Under the pieces are notes generated by a model, which saw only the letters and a list, made by a program, of their open reading frames with translations, was not told the origin of the DNA and made no database searches. DNA of 64,000 nt from Anthoceros angustus (lineage: Eukaryota > Plantae > Anthocerotophyta): assembly GCA_010909165.1 (NCBI GenBank), contig VJWM01000220.1, positions 242,998 through 306,997 on the forward strand. The letters are read 5' to 3'. Each line of letters begins with the position of its first letter. Within the stretch, counting starts at the first letter, position 1. Below, piece after piece: positions 1 to 11,600 of this stretch. A program made the position numbers and the translations under genes.

Positions 1-994
1 AGGCGGCGGAGCCTGCCGCTGCAAAGAGCGACCGGATCACCATGACGTGATCGAACCGTGGAGAGAGTCACAGTACCGAGGTTACTGGCGGCGCACAAAG
101 GCCATGGAGGTAAGGGCTGAGATAGGGGATCTCCGAGTACACGCAGAGGTAGAAGGAGGCGAGCAGATGGAGGATGAAGGACACGCTGGAGCTACAACCC
201 AAGATGCGCTTGAGCAGCAGTGATTCTCAACGAGAGAATCCACGACGAGCACGAAATAGTGCCCGGCCTCCTCAAGACGGAGGAAAATCGCGACTATCCA
301 AGGAGTTGGACGCTGTGCTGTATGAGCCGGAGGAAGTCCGAGCCTGGACGAGGTATCCGATCACTGGAGAGGGAGTCATGAGCTAAAGGCCGTAATGAAC
401 GGAGGAGCGCGAGCACCGGAAGTGTAAAAGAAGCCGTCCAAATGAGAAAGGCGGAAGGGAACGCCGCGCTATGGCGGTAAGTCGCAATGGAAAGGAAACG
501 ACGGAGCCGGAGCAGGGAGCAATGGCACTGCAGGAGGTGACCGAGGCCGCCTTGTAGCCTCGGATATGCCGGCCCCACACAACCGGGCAGGAGAGGTGGC
601 CCAACAACAAGCAAAGACGCCCCCTAACACTTATGGCGGAGGGAGTATCGGTGCCCGCACACGTGGAAGAGGCACCAACAAGTCGATCTGACTTTGCCTA
701 TTACCACCGAGCCCCGGCGAGAAGCCTCTCGACTCAGAAACGGACGGACCTGGAAGGCTCAAGGAGATGAAGGCCACGGGACAAAGACAGGACCCTAGTG
801 GCCCCTGCTTGGAGATGACGGAGCGGAGAGGAGCAACCGAGGAGGAACGAGGGAGCGCGATGCGATCGAGGTAAGCACCCCGCACCTCACCATGGAAGGA
901 GGGGCCAACGGCGAGTCACCGGATCGGGAACAGGAGGACTTCGAGGAGAGCCACTGAGGAGTCCCGTGAGGGAGGAAACCCGGTGGCGTGAGTC

Positions 995-1152
995 CGACTT
1001 TGTCCGGACCCAGAGGAGGACCAAGTCCGGACTCAGAATAAGTCCGACTCAAGTCCGGACTGAATAAGTCCGGACTCAAGTCCGGACCACAAGTCCGGAC
1101 CACGAGGTCCGGACCACAAGTCCGGACCACGAGGTCCGGACCAAGTCCGACT
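995..1152. repeat. Tandem repeat of ~9-16 bp units built on the palindromic core GTCCGGAC
   Basis: About a dozen (A/G)GTCCGGAC(T/C) units with short variable linkers (CAA, CAC, GAATA); second array at ~13885-14042. Confidence 0.9.
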
Positions 1153-1235
1153 CAAGTTCGTGAGTCGAGACAGACCTCGAGGACCGGCCGGGCAAGAAGG
1201 AGGAGCCCCTTCGACTTACGCTTAGGGGAGCAGAA

Positions 1236-2095
1236 TGGTGGCCCCACCGGGCGGACCTGTGGAGGCCAGGGAGGATGACGCCGTGGTAACGGGTCGATCA
1301 CGCCAGAGCCCAACCCGGCTGTGATTCCGGGAGAGGAGGGGCCCCGCCACGGATCATCCGATTGGGTGCACCACAACCGCTGTGACGGGGATTGACCACC
1401 CATTCCGAGGCGGGCCTGTGACCTTCCCACCACACGGCGAAGGAGATAGGGGAGGATAGGCGGCCGATTAGGTATACCGAGTCACACGTGTGGGGGTAAT
1501 AAAGACGCCACCTTGGGCGCAGATAAGAGGGGCCGAGCCTAGTAAAGCATCTTTCTTGGTGTTGATGCGCGTTCTTGCACCTTTGTGAGTCTTCTTGCTA
1601 ACGTGAGTCCCGAGTCACCGAAAGGTGCACGACCCGGGAGATTGATCAAGGTCCCGTGACGACTTAACGCTGTGGTGTGTGCGGGGAAGGGTGACCGCGT
1701 GCCCCGAGCCGCGGTCCGACAACCGACTGAACGCGTGAGCCGGAGGAACTCCGGAGGTGGTAGAGCCCGGACGAGAGGCCCGGAACGACGAGGAGGTCCG
1801 GATCACAGAACCCGCGCTTTTTCTAAGATCAAGAGTGTAGCGTGAGAGGAGAGAGGAAAGGACCGATGCGTGAGGATGTATGTGAACGATACGGACGCGA
1901 ACGGGTCCTAAACGCTTGGCCATACCGGCTCACGTGAACGCTAGAGTAGTTAGAGTATGTGTGTGCCGAGACCGAACGAGCTAAGGACGGTAAGAATCAC
2001 CAAACGCGTAAACGGGCCTATCATTCCTTTGGGAACGGACTTCTTCCTACAACGACACGGATTGTGCGCCGGCCATCAAGAAAAGTCCCGCCACA
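1236..2095 (+). repeat. Candidate 5' (or shared central) LTR, ~860 bp
   Basis: Aligns with ~14140-15008; ends in CCGCCACA; preceded by purine-rich AGGGGAGCAGAA (PPT-like) and starts TGGTGG, imperfectly complementary to the CCGCCACA end. Start position is inferred, end is well supported. Confidence 0.6.
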
Positions 2096-2111
2096 TTTTG
2101 GCGCGCCGGGA
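2096..2111 (+). other. Primer binding site candidate (TTTTGGCGCGCCGGGA)
   Basis: TGG-starting motif immediately after the LTR end CA; TGGCGCGCC resembles PBS of OTA-clade Gypsy elements; cognate tRNA not assigned. Confidence 0.6.
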
Positions 2112-2384
2112 ATGAAATCGGTCTGTGGTGCCGCAGCCCTTAGGAAGAGAAGGTAAGTGAATGCGTGGCGGTCGAGCGGCGGTCAAGAGTGAACCGCCGG
2201 AGGATCGGACGTGGTCACCTCGCGTGCTCTCCGAGCCGTGAGAGGAGAGACGCCAAACCCAACGAGAGAGCACCGCCGATCGAGGAGGGAGAACGTGGTC
2301 GAATTGTCGACCAAGACGAGTACGGGTACAGGGACGCCAACGGAAGAAGGTAGGACCCACGCCTAACCCATCGATGGCGCAGCC

Positions 2385-3930
2385 ATGGCCCCTACCGACC
2401 AAACAAGCGATCTATATTCGGAGGAAGAAGGAGCGGATGCGAGACCTTTGTGGAGGACTTCGTGTCCAAAGCCAACTTCAACGGAGAGGGAGTCGACGCT
2501 CATCCAAATTTTCCAAGGGGTTCTCCGAGGACACCGCTCAATGGTATCGGAGAAAGTACCGACCACCGGAGAATGCCCCACCCGCCTGCTTGAAGCTTTG
2601 AAAATGCCTTCTTAGAACGGTTTCGAGGGATCACCGTGAGGGGTATGTATTATCAAAGTTGGAAAATCAAGCGAGGAAGAAGGAGAAGCCGGGCTCAGAC
2701 ATCGAGCGGTTCTATGCCCCGAGGGATCGCATCCAACCCATACCACGATGCAAGCGACGGTGGTTCGCGGCCGGTCTAGCCAAACCCATGGCTGTGCACG
2801 CCCCGCCGCTAGCCGAGAAGGACGTGGCAAGGCGGTCGAGCGGCCGAAAACTACGAGGAATCGCTACATCGAGGATAAAGAACCGCTCAAGGAGGCAAGA
2901 AGAAGAAGAAGAAACGGGTTCGACTGAGGAGGAAGAGTCTTCGAGGAGGAGGAAGACCAATCGAGGTGTCTGAGGAGGAGCAGTCGTCAAGAAGAGACGG
3001 AGGTCTCTAGCGAGGAAGAGTATCCCGCAAGAAGAAGAGCAAGAAGGCCCCGCTAAAAAGAAGGTGGTAAGAAGGAGGTGGTGACACCAAAGACCGTCCG
3101 AGAAGCTCCACGACCCGACTCAAAGGAGGTAGCAGTCCGCGGGAGGACCGGAAAAGTGATAAAGAGAGTAGAGGACCGCGATAAACTGTTAAGGACCGAG
3201 AGCGCGGAAAACACCGACCACGGCGAACGATCTCGTGCCGTGCAATACACGGCCATTCGAAGTCCAACCGCCTCAAGGCCGGCATCAAGTGGACTACGAA
3301 TACGAGGAGGAGGCCGAGGAGCAATGGGAAGAGGCCTATCATGTGAAGCCCCTCCGGGCCGCGATATCCCAAAACCATGTATCCGCCAACCGGAGGTCCG
3401 CTACAACGAGCCCCACCGATGCAAAGACCGCATGGGAGCCCTTCGTATCCTCCGACGGCCGTGGTCTGGAACTGCGAATCTCGCCATTACTCCAACGCGT
3501 GTCCGCACTCCAACGAGGTGGTAATGGGGACTTGTGGTGGCGATCGCAAGGCCGGGCATATGTGCAAGACGCTATGTCCCAACCCCGCACAAGGAGACGA
3601 CATATGCCACACCAAGCGGAGAACTCGACCACCAACGCCACCTCCTAAGACGCACACGGCAAGTCAAGATGCTCCATGGAGTGGGAAGAGATTCCCAGGT
3701 ACGCGAGATGGAAAAGAACAAGAAGGTACTGGGGTGTCGAAAGGAAGGGAGTGTGGAAATCTTGAGGTGTCTACTGAGTCAAGGAAGGAGCGACGAGAAA
3801 GGCGCCATTGAAGAAGAACAAGATCGAGGAAAAGCGCCACTCCGAGGAAGGCAATCAAACCAGCAGAGGATCCGACCGATGAAGGAGGGCTGGACGGCTC
3901 ACGAGGGATTACCCAAGGAAGTTCTCCTGT
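2385..3930 (+). pseudogene. gag: gag, frameshifted, with zinc knuckles
   Basis: ATG at 2385 (MAPTDQTSDLYSEEEG...), gag-like KFSKGFSEDTAQWY; CCHC-like WNCESRHYSNACP and a second degenerate knuckle (GHMCKTLCP) at ~3465-3580. Confidence 0.7.
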
Positions 3931-3955
3931 GACAGAGAAGGGAACGCCTCCCGCG

Positions 3956-5421
3956 ACGGCGACGTTAGCTTCCACCGGACGTAGTCCGGAGGTGACCGAG
4001 ATGTTGCAGGAGGAAATGCGCAAGCATCCGGAGAATACCGTAACACGGGTGACCCGGGAGAGGATGAGGACGCAGCAGCAGGATCCTCGATTGGGGTAGA
4101 AGCCTCGCCTTTAATGTGGCGACCGATGATGAATCGCAGACCTGTGTCCTTTCGATACCGCCGAGGGATAACCCAAATACCGGCAAGAGGTCCGCTGGCC
4201 GTTAGGGGAAACCCAGCCATGAGCACCAAAGCCGTGAAGGGTAGCACATGGAAGTGAGGGTGGTGTCCCATACGACCTGGGGCGCCAGTGGTACAAGTGG
4301 AGATTGGATGTATCATCAAGGATGTACTGCTGGACACGGGTCCGAGTCAACCTCATCAGCCACGACGAAAATTGGGCTTCACATCCTTCAACCTCAACGA
4401 AGACTCGAGAATGGCGTATATGTCAAGAAGAGATCCGGGAGTTAACCGAGTCTTGGCCACCATAGCCGCACCCTACAAACCGGATTTTGTTGTGATCAAA
4501 CCGCCGGACCATTAGGGTATGAGGTGTTGTCTGCCATGGTTGGCCTGCATAAGCTACACTTTGGAAGGAAGGAGATTCACTTCAAGCCGTGGACTGGGAC
4601 CCTAAGGTGCGAGAAGGGAGGGTTGCTATCACCGGAGCAAGGACACCTATTGTGGGGAAACCGTGAGCACTACGAAGGGTATACCTCGGAGGACTCCACG
4701 GCGACGTTAGCTTCCACGAGTCCGGAGGTGACCGAGATGTTGCAGGAGGCGCAAGCATCCGGAGAATACCGTAACACTAAGTGACCCGGGAGAGGATGAG
4801 GACGCAGCAGCAGGATCCTCGATTGGGGTAGAAGCCTCCCTTTAATGTGGCGACCGATGATGAATCGCAGACCTTGTGTCCTTTCGACACCGCCGAGGGA
4901 TAACCCAAATACCGGCAAGAGGTCCGGCTGCCGTTAGGGGAAACCCACCGAGCACCAAAGCCGTGAAGGGTAGCAGTGGAAGTGAGGGTGGTGTCCCATA
5001 CGACCTGTGGCGCCAAAGTGGAGATTGGATGTATCATCAAGGATGTACTGGACACGGGTCCGAGTCAACCTCATCACCGAAGCCACCACGAAAATTGGGC
5101 TTCACATCCTTCAACCTCAACGAAGACTCGAGAATGGCGTATATGTCAAGAAGAGATCCGGGGAGTTAACCGAGTCTTGGCCACCATAGCCGCACCCTAC
5201 AAACCGGATTTTGTTGTGATCAAACCGCCGGACCATTAGGGTATGAGGTGTTGTCGGGCCATGGCCGGGTTGGCCTGCAGCTACACTTTGGAAGGAAGGA
5301 GATTCACTTCAAGCCGGTGGACCGGGACCCTAAGGTGCGAGAAGGGAGGGTTGCTATCACCGGAGCAAGGACACCTATTGTGGGGAAACCGTGAGCACAA
5401 GGGTATACCTCGGAGGACTCC
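3956..5421 (+). repeat. Tandem duplication of the gag-end/aspartic protease region (3956-4697 and 4698-5421)
   Basis: Both copies start ACGGCGACGTTAGCTTCCAC and end GGGTATACCTCGGAGGACTCC; each carries VEIGCIIKDV(L)LDTGPSQP (DTG protease motif). Confidence 0.9.
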
Positions 5422-5899
5422 AATCCGACGAACAAGATAGCTCCGAGGAGGCGTACCCTTTCGCCAAGATCCGCTGGTCCGAGGAGGAGATGGACTACCG
5501 CCGGGATGCCTTTGGTGCGGAAGTGATTGATTGTTTTCGAGTAAACGCCACAACGGGGCTGGAGGAAGGAAGTGAAGAGGAGGTCGGACCAGCACAAGGG
5601 GGAGACAGCGAAGAGTCGGACCAAGGAAAAGCGGACATCGAAGGAGTAACACGATTCACCTCCGACGAGCTCTTCAGAGAATGGGGATGCGAGGACGATC
5701 CCCGAGAGGAGGACGAGGGGTTTGGACGCAATGAGGCAAAGACGAACGGAGACGGTGAACCCGGACGACGTGGAAGAAGTGGAGGTCCGCCAGCCTCAAG
5801 TTTAAGAAAGGCATGCCTCCTGACCAAGGAAGGACTAAAGCACTGGGGAGTTTTATGGTGTTCGCCTTCAAGGTCACGGACATGAAGGGCATTCAAGAA

Positions 5900-7080
5900 G
5901 TGGGAGAGCATAAGATCGATTTGAAGCCGTGAGCGTGCCACCCGAATCCGACAATACAAGCTCAACCCCAAGTATTCGATCAAGGTGAAGGAGGTCCTTG
6001 ATAAGTACCGGAGGCAGACATCATTTTCCCCATCGTCAGCGAGTGGGTCGCTACCGATTGTGGTGGTTCCCAAGAAACACCAAACAAATTCGGTATGCCA
6101 AGATTGAGGAAGCTCAACGAACGGAGAAGGACCACTTCGATGCCATTCAGACTACATTTTGGACAAGGTGGTGGACGGACTACTTACTCCTTCCTCGGAT
6201 GGCTACTCCGGATATAACCAATTGCACCTAAGGGAGTTTGACCGACAAGACGACCTTCACTACGGAGTGGGGTACGCTTGCCTACAAGAGAAGTGCCTTT
6301 GGGATGACCGAGCGCTGTGGTCGCTCATGCGTATGGTGACCAACGCCTTCCGTGACTTCGAGGGACTTCATGGAGATATTCTGGATGATTTTGTGTGCAT
6401 GGGGAGCAGGACAAACACCTTGGGCATCTAAGAAGGTGCTTGAGCGCCGCCGAGACTCAATTGAGCCTACACCCGAGAAATGCTACTTTGGAATGACGGA
6501 GGGAATCTTGTCGATGTCCGCTGGAATCGAGGTGGACCAGACAAGGTCCGGTCATCCGCCTCCACCGACGAACCTAAAGGAGCCGAGAGGTTTCGAATGG
6601 TGGGATACTACCGCCGGTTTATTAAGGACTTTGCTAAGAGGGCGCTAAGTTGATGTAATTCATGGAAGGAGGAGGTTTGGACCGTCAGGAGCGAGAGGAG
6701 GCCTTCGGATTTACGTAACACCTTGGTAAGCGCAGTTCTAAGAGGACCGGATCGAGCAGAAATTTCATGTGTATGTAGATGTGTCCGCTTTTGCTATCGG
6801 AGTAGCCGAGCCGATGGACGACAAGCGGGATTATCCCGTATACTACTACCGGACGACTCACCCACGCTGAACGAAAATACACAACTACAGAGCGCCAAGC
6901 ACCGGGTATGGTATATGCCAAGAAATTCGACACTACCTACTACCTGTGAGTTTGTGTTCTATGTAGACCACTTTGCGTCAAGCATCCGGTGAATAAGACG
7001 GACCGTCCGGACGGATAGCAAGGTGGATATTGTTGCCGCAGGAGTTCACGTCAAGTGGAAACAAGACAAGGGAGGCAAGA
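5900..7080 (+). pseudogene. pol: Reverse transcriptase and RNase H, frameshifted
   Basis: RT fragments LPIVVVPKK, KDHF, DGYSGYNQ, degenerate (F)xDD region; RNase H fragments FHVYVDVSAFAIG, CEFVFYVDHF, ARWILLPQEF. Confidence 0.85.
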
Positions 7081-7289
7081 CCAAAATGCGATTTCGTCAC
7101 GATTGAAAACAGAAGGTGTGTTGAGAGATCGTGAAGATGCGCTCCTGGATGAGACATTGGTTGCCGCAGAAAAGTACAACCGAGGAGCCCACCGACAACC
7201 CCAAGCTACGAGAACAGCCTTAGCTGAGAAGGGAGGTCCGCATGTCCGACCCACGAAGAAATAGAGCGGTACTGGGAATGGAGCTTCCA

Positions 7290-8420
7290 AAATCTGACTG
7301 TGATGAGGGAGGCATTCGTGCACTATGCTCGACCCTTCGTAATGTACAACGGTGTGTGTTCAAATTAGGGCCTGACGGTAGAACGAAGGTACTTGCAACC
7401 GCAGACAGGAGCGGCCGCCAAGGGAATGCACGAAGGATTGGGGTGGACACTACGCAAGACAGTCACCACCAAAAGATTTTGAAGCGGATACCGGTGGCCA
7501 ACAATGTATGGGGACACCCACCGCTTAGGAAGAAGTGTGATGCTTGTCAGGATCGGAAAGCCAACCCCGACGACACAAGGGCCGCTAGTACCGATATTGG
7601 CACCGCACCTTCAAAAGTGGGTATTGACTTTGTTGGACCCATACCACGACAAGACACACACAAAGGAGATACATCCGGTGGCAACGGACATCGCACTGTG
7701 GGTAGAGGCGGACAAGAACGGACTCGCAAATACCGCGGGCCAAATTCGACGAGAACATCATAACCCGCATGTCCGCAGCTTGGTAAGTGATAGGGGAACC
7801 CATTTCCTTAATGATGTGGTGGCCGCCATGACGGAGTATTTCGGCATCAATCATCGCAAGACGGCACCCTACAATCCTAAGGCCAATGGGCTGACAGAGA
7901 AGACAAATGGGCTCATCTGCAGGATCCTGAATAAACTCACAGTGAACTACGCCCATGACTGGGATACCAAGCTGCCATCCGCACTGTGGGCGTTCCGGAC
8001 AGCAGAGAAGGTGACCACACAACGGACCCCTTACTTCTTGACCTACGGACACTCTCCCGTAATGCCAGTAGAGTTTGAAGTGCCCACTTTTCGAGTAATG
8101 ATGGAAGGAGATCGAAGAGGAAAGCCACCGAGCGACTCTTGGGGTTCAGCACATACAGGAAGAAGCTCAAAGATGCAATGGTGCAAAACCAATAAAGATT
8201 TGGCACGATCGCCCGCGAATCGGAGTATGTAAAGGGGGACCGCCTCCTTTATGATAGTCGCATGCATTTTCCGTGCAAACTTCACCGAGATGGATGGGTC
8301 CGTACTAAGTGGTGCAAGTATATGACAACGGGTCCGTCCCACGAGCGCCTAGATGGAGAGCTTGCCCACTCGGTAACGGGTGGGTGAAGAAGTATCATGC
8401 TTAGTGTTGGCGAGACGCCA
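7290..8420 (+). pseudogene. pol: Integrase (HHCC, DDE core, GPY), frameshifted
   Basis: KKCDACQ, KVGIDFVGPI, LVSDRGTHFLND...TAPYNPKANGLTEKTN...WDTKLPSALWAFRT...TPYFLTYG; WMGPY-like near 8290. Confidence 0.92.
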
Positions 8421-8649
8421 AGATGAGAAGGGAGTATGTGGGCTATGCACTCGGGAGTTAAGAAATAAGTAGGGTTTCGCTTTTTAGGATTGAAGGATAA
8501 ATAAGGGAAAAGGAGGAATAAATTGGGGTAGCGCCGGACGAGGCCCGAGTATACTCCGACTGGAGTGAACAACGGACCCTGCATACTATGGCAAGCTCCG
8601 ACCACGAGTAACGGATAAGTCCGAACCCACCTGTGTCAAAATAGGATAA

Positions 8650-11600
8650 GTACGCCAGGAAAGTAACCCAGGAGCGGAGGCGTGAGGATGACGAGGCGGC
8701 GCCACGGACGGCCCCGAGTGGAGGTCGGGCATGCAGAGGTCAGACTGAACCTGCCGAGGCCGAGGCAGTGTATTCACGCCGCGCGCGAAGGCCGCAGGAA
8801 GCGTAGGGTCGAGTAAGCCATGCACTCGCGCTACGGACAACGAAGAGGCGCCTTCCGCCATTTACCAAGCGCGCCAAGGAGGGAGGTCTCACGCAGCCTC
8901 CGCATCCTCACAGCCTTGCGCCCGCAATCCGCTCGCGCTTTTGGGCGCCACCCAGAGCGCGACTGGCTAAGGTTGGAGCAACAACGCGCGGAGGAACATC
9001 GTGCCACGGACCAGAAAAGAATAACAAGAGGAGGAGAAAGCAATGGCACCCAAAAGCCGACGGAGTCTGGGAGCCATGGACCTCGTGGAGCGCAACATTG
9101 TGACCCGCGCGCTATCCGGACTTCGGCCCGGCCGGAGGAAGCAGGAATTGGTGCAGGAGTGGCATCCGGACGTGTTCCAAATGGTCCGACCTTTGACAAC
9201 GCTACTCTAGTCCGGAGTTTGCCCAAGATGCCGGGCGGGCGATCAACAAGGAGGTCCGATCCAAGAACCTCCGGAGGACCGAGGCGATGGACCTTGAGGT
9301 CCCGAGGATGGCCTACAACCGCCCAAGGAGGAAGAAGGGGCGGTGCCGAGCCCCTTAAGGCGAAGGGAAGATAGGCCGCCCATGCGGCGCGAGGCTCGAA
9401 CGCAGGACAACCAACGGATGGTTGATATCCGATCCGCCGGATCCGAGTAAGGGCGGTAGCCCGGATCATTGTCCATTGAACTCGCCACCAAGGTGGATCA
9501 CCTTGGTGATAACTCGCTGGTATTCTCGCATGCGCCCAAGGAAGAGAGCGACCGGGAAGGATTATCTTCGCCCGGGCCCAGAGGCACGCAAGCTAAGGAG
9601 CGAAGCCTCGCATCGGGGCCGACCCCATACGATTCATGTATGGGGACATTTCGAGCCCTCAAGGAGGGAGAGCTTGAGCGGCGCCCAAGGCCGGAGGCCC
9701 CGCTGTAGAGCGTGCAAGGGCGCCTGAGGTGGGGGTCGCCCTTCAAGACCAAGCGACTCGGAGGAGGACGATCGAGGATTCCTGACTCACGTCTGAGCGA
9801 ACCCCTCACCACCTGTGGAAGTTTGGGAGGCGATTCCCCTTCCTCCTTGGTGCCCTCCGAGCAAGACAGAGGGAGCGATGCCGAGGGCGTTGGGCCCGCA
9901 CCGGCTGACAATGCCCAACAACCACACCGAGCCCGACGAACTCCGGGCGGGAGCAAGAGGCGAAGACGGGCCACCAACGCAAAGACCTCGAGGTGCCGCA
10001 TTCTTACCCCGCCACCTGGAGTGGCAAGAGGTCAAGAGGCGTAAGGAGGGAAAGGGACGTGGCCCAAGGAGCAGGAGGTCACCGGGCAGCCCACCTCGAG
10101 CCGGGTCCTGCCCCCTGTGAAGGGGCAAAAGAGCTTGCTCGACCCCTCACCTCCTCCGAGCCCTGTGAGAAAGAGGGCACAAAGGAGTTAGAGGCCAAGA
10201 GGCCAAGAGGGTGAGACTCGACCACCACTGTGACCCGAGGGTCCCGATTAGGTCCGAGAACCCACCGACTTACTCCCGGATCGGTATGGAGGTCCTTGGC
10301 GGATCGAGAAATGCCGGCCCCACTACGGACTTTGTGGGGCCTCACTCGGCCGTGGAAGAAACACGAAGTCCTCCCCATGGACGGAATGCTTTGGGGTCTC
10401 GTGGTAGAGAAGACCTGTGAAGTGGAGGCCACCCGAGGAGGATGGTGGAACCCAAGAGCAAGTGAAGGCGCCGAGGGGCAAAGGAAAGGCGGAGTCCCTC
10501 GCCGGATCGAGGAAGGAAGCGCCGGGTGGCGGAGGCCGAGGCCGGTTCGGACGGGCCAAGGTTCTTCACCAGGCGACACAAGCAAGCTCGAGGCCCAAGC
10601 GGGCGGAGGACCTTGCAGCGAAGAGGAAGCGCAGCAGAGAGGAAGAGGCCCGCACAAGCAGAGAGCTCGGACGCGGAGGCGGCCCGGCCAGAGCCAAGTG
10701 GGCGAGGCCTGTAAAGGCGGCGAAGGAGTCAAGTCTGAAAGAGCGACCGGATCACCATGCACGGATCGAACCGGTGGAGAGTCACAGTACCGAGGCTAAC
10801 TCAAGGCCGCACAAAGGCTATGGAGCAGTAAGGCCGACTCGGGAGATAGGGATCTCCGAGCACACCGCAGGAGGTAGAAGGGAGGCGGCGAAGGACACGG
10901 AGCTACAACCCAAGATGCGTGAGCAAGCAGTGATTCTCAACGAGAATCCACGACTCGAGCACGAAATAGAGTGTAGCCCGGCCCGTCTCAAGACGGAGGA
11001 AAATCGCGACTATCCAAGGAGTTGGACGCTGGCTGTAAGGAGCCGGAGGAAGTCCGAGCGGACGGAGGTATCCGACCGGAGAGGGAGTCATGAGCTAAAG
11101 GCCGAATGAGCGGAGGAGCGAGCATCGGAAGCGTAAAAGAAGCCGTCCACCGAGAAATGCCGGCTCCCTCACGGACTTTGTGGGGGCCTCACAGTGGCCG
11201 TGGAAGAAACACGAGTCGCTACCGTCATGGACGGAATGCTTTGGGGTCTCGTAATGAGAGAAGACCCGAAGTGGAGGCCACCCGGAGGAGGATGGTGGAA
11301 CTCAAGAGCAAGTGAAGGCCGAGGGGCAAAGGAAAGGCGGAGTCCCTCGCTCGGATCGAGGAAGGGAACGCCGGGTGGCGAGGCCGAGGCCCGGTTCAGC
11401 GAGGCCGGGCAAGGTTCTTCAATGTCGCGACAGTGAAGCAAGCTCGAGGCCCAAGCGGGCGGAGGACCTTGGGGAGGCGGAAGGCCGGGCACAAGCAGAG
11501 AGCTCGGGACTGGCGGAGGCGGCGGCTAGGCGCCAAGTGGGCGAGGCCTGTAAAGGCGGCGAAGAGTGAGCCGCGTGAGCGGCCGGGATCACTGACGTGA

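Noticed and set aside
995-1152. CRISPR-like appearance of GTCCGGAC arrays (also 27 bp and 26 bp minisatellites at 24958 and 32834)
   Set aside because: No unique 25-45 bp spacers, no cas genes, eukaryotic context; these are simple tandem repeats.
6700-7300. Classification as Tat/Ogre with an extra archaeal-type RNase H
   Set aside because: Only one RNase H region is recognisable and there is little room for a second before the integrase; left as Athila/OTA-like.
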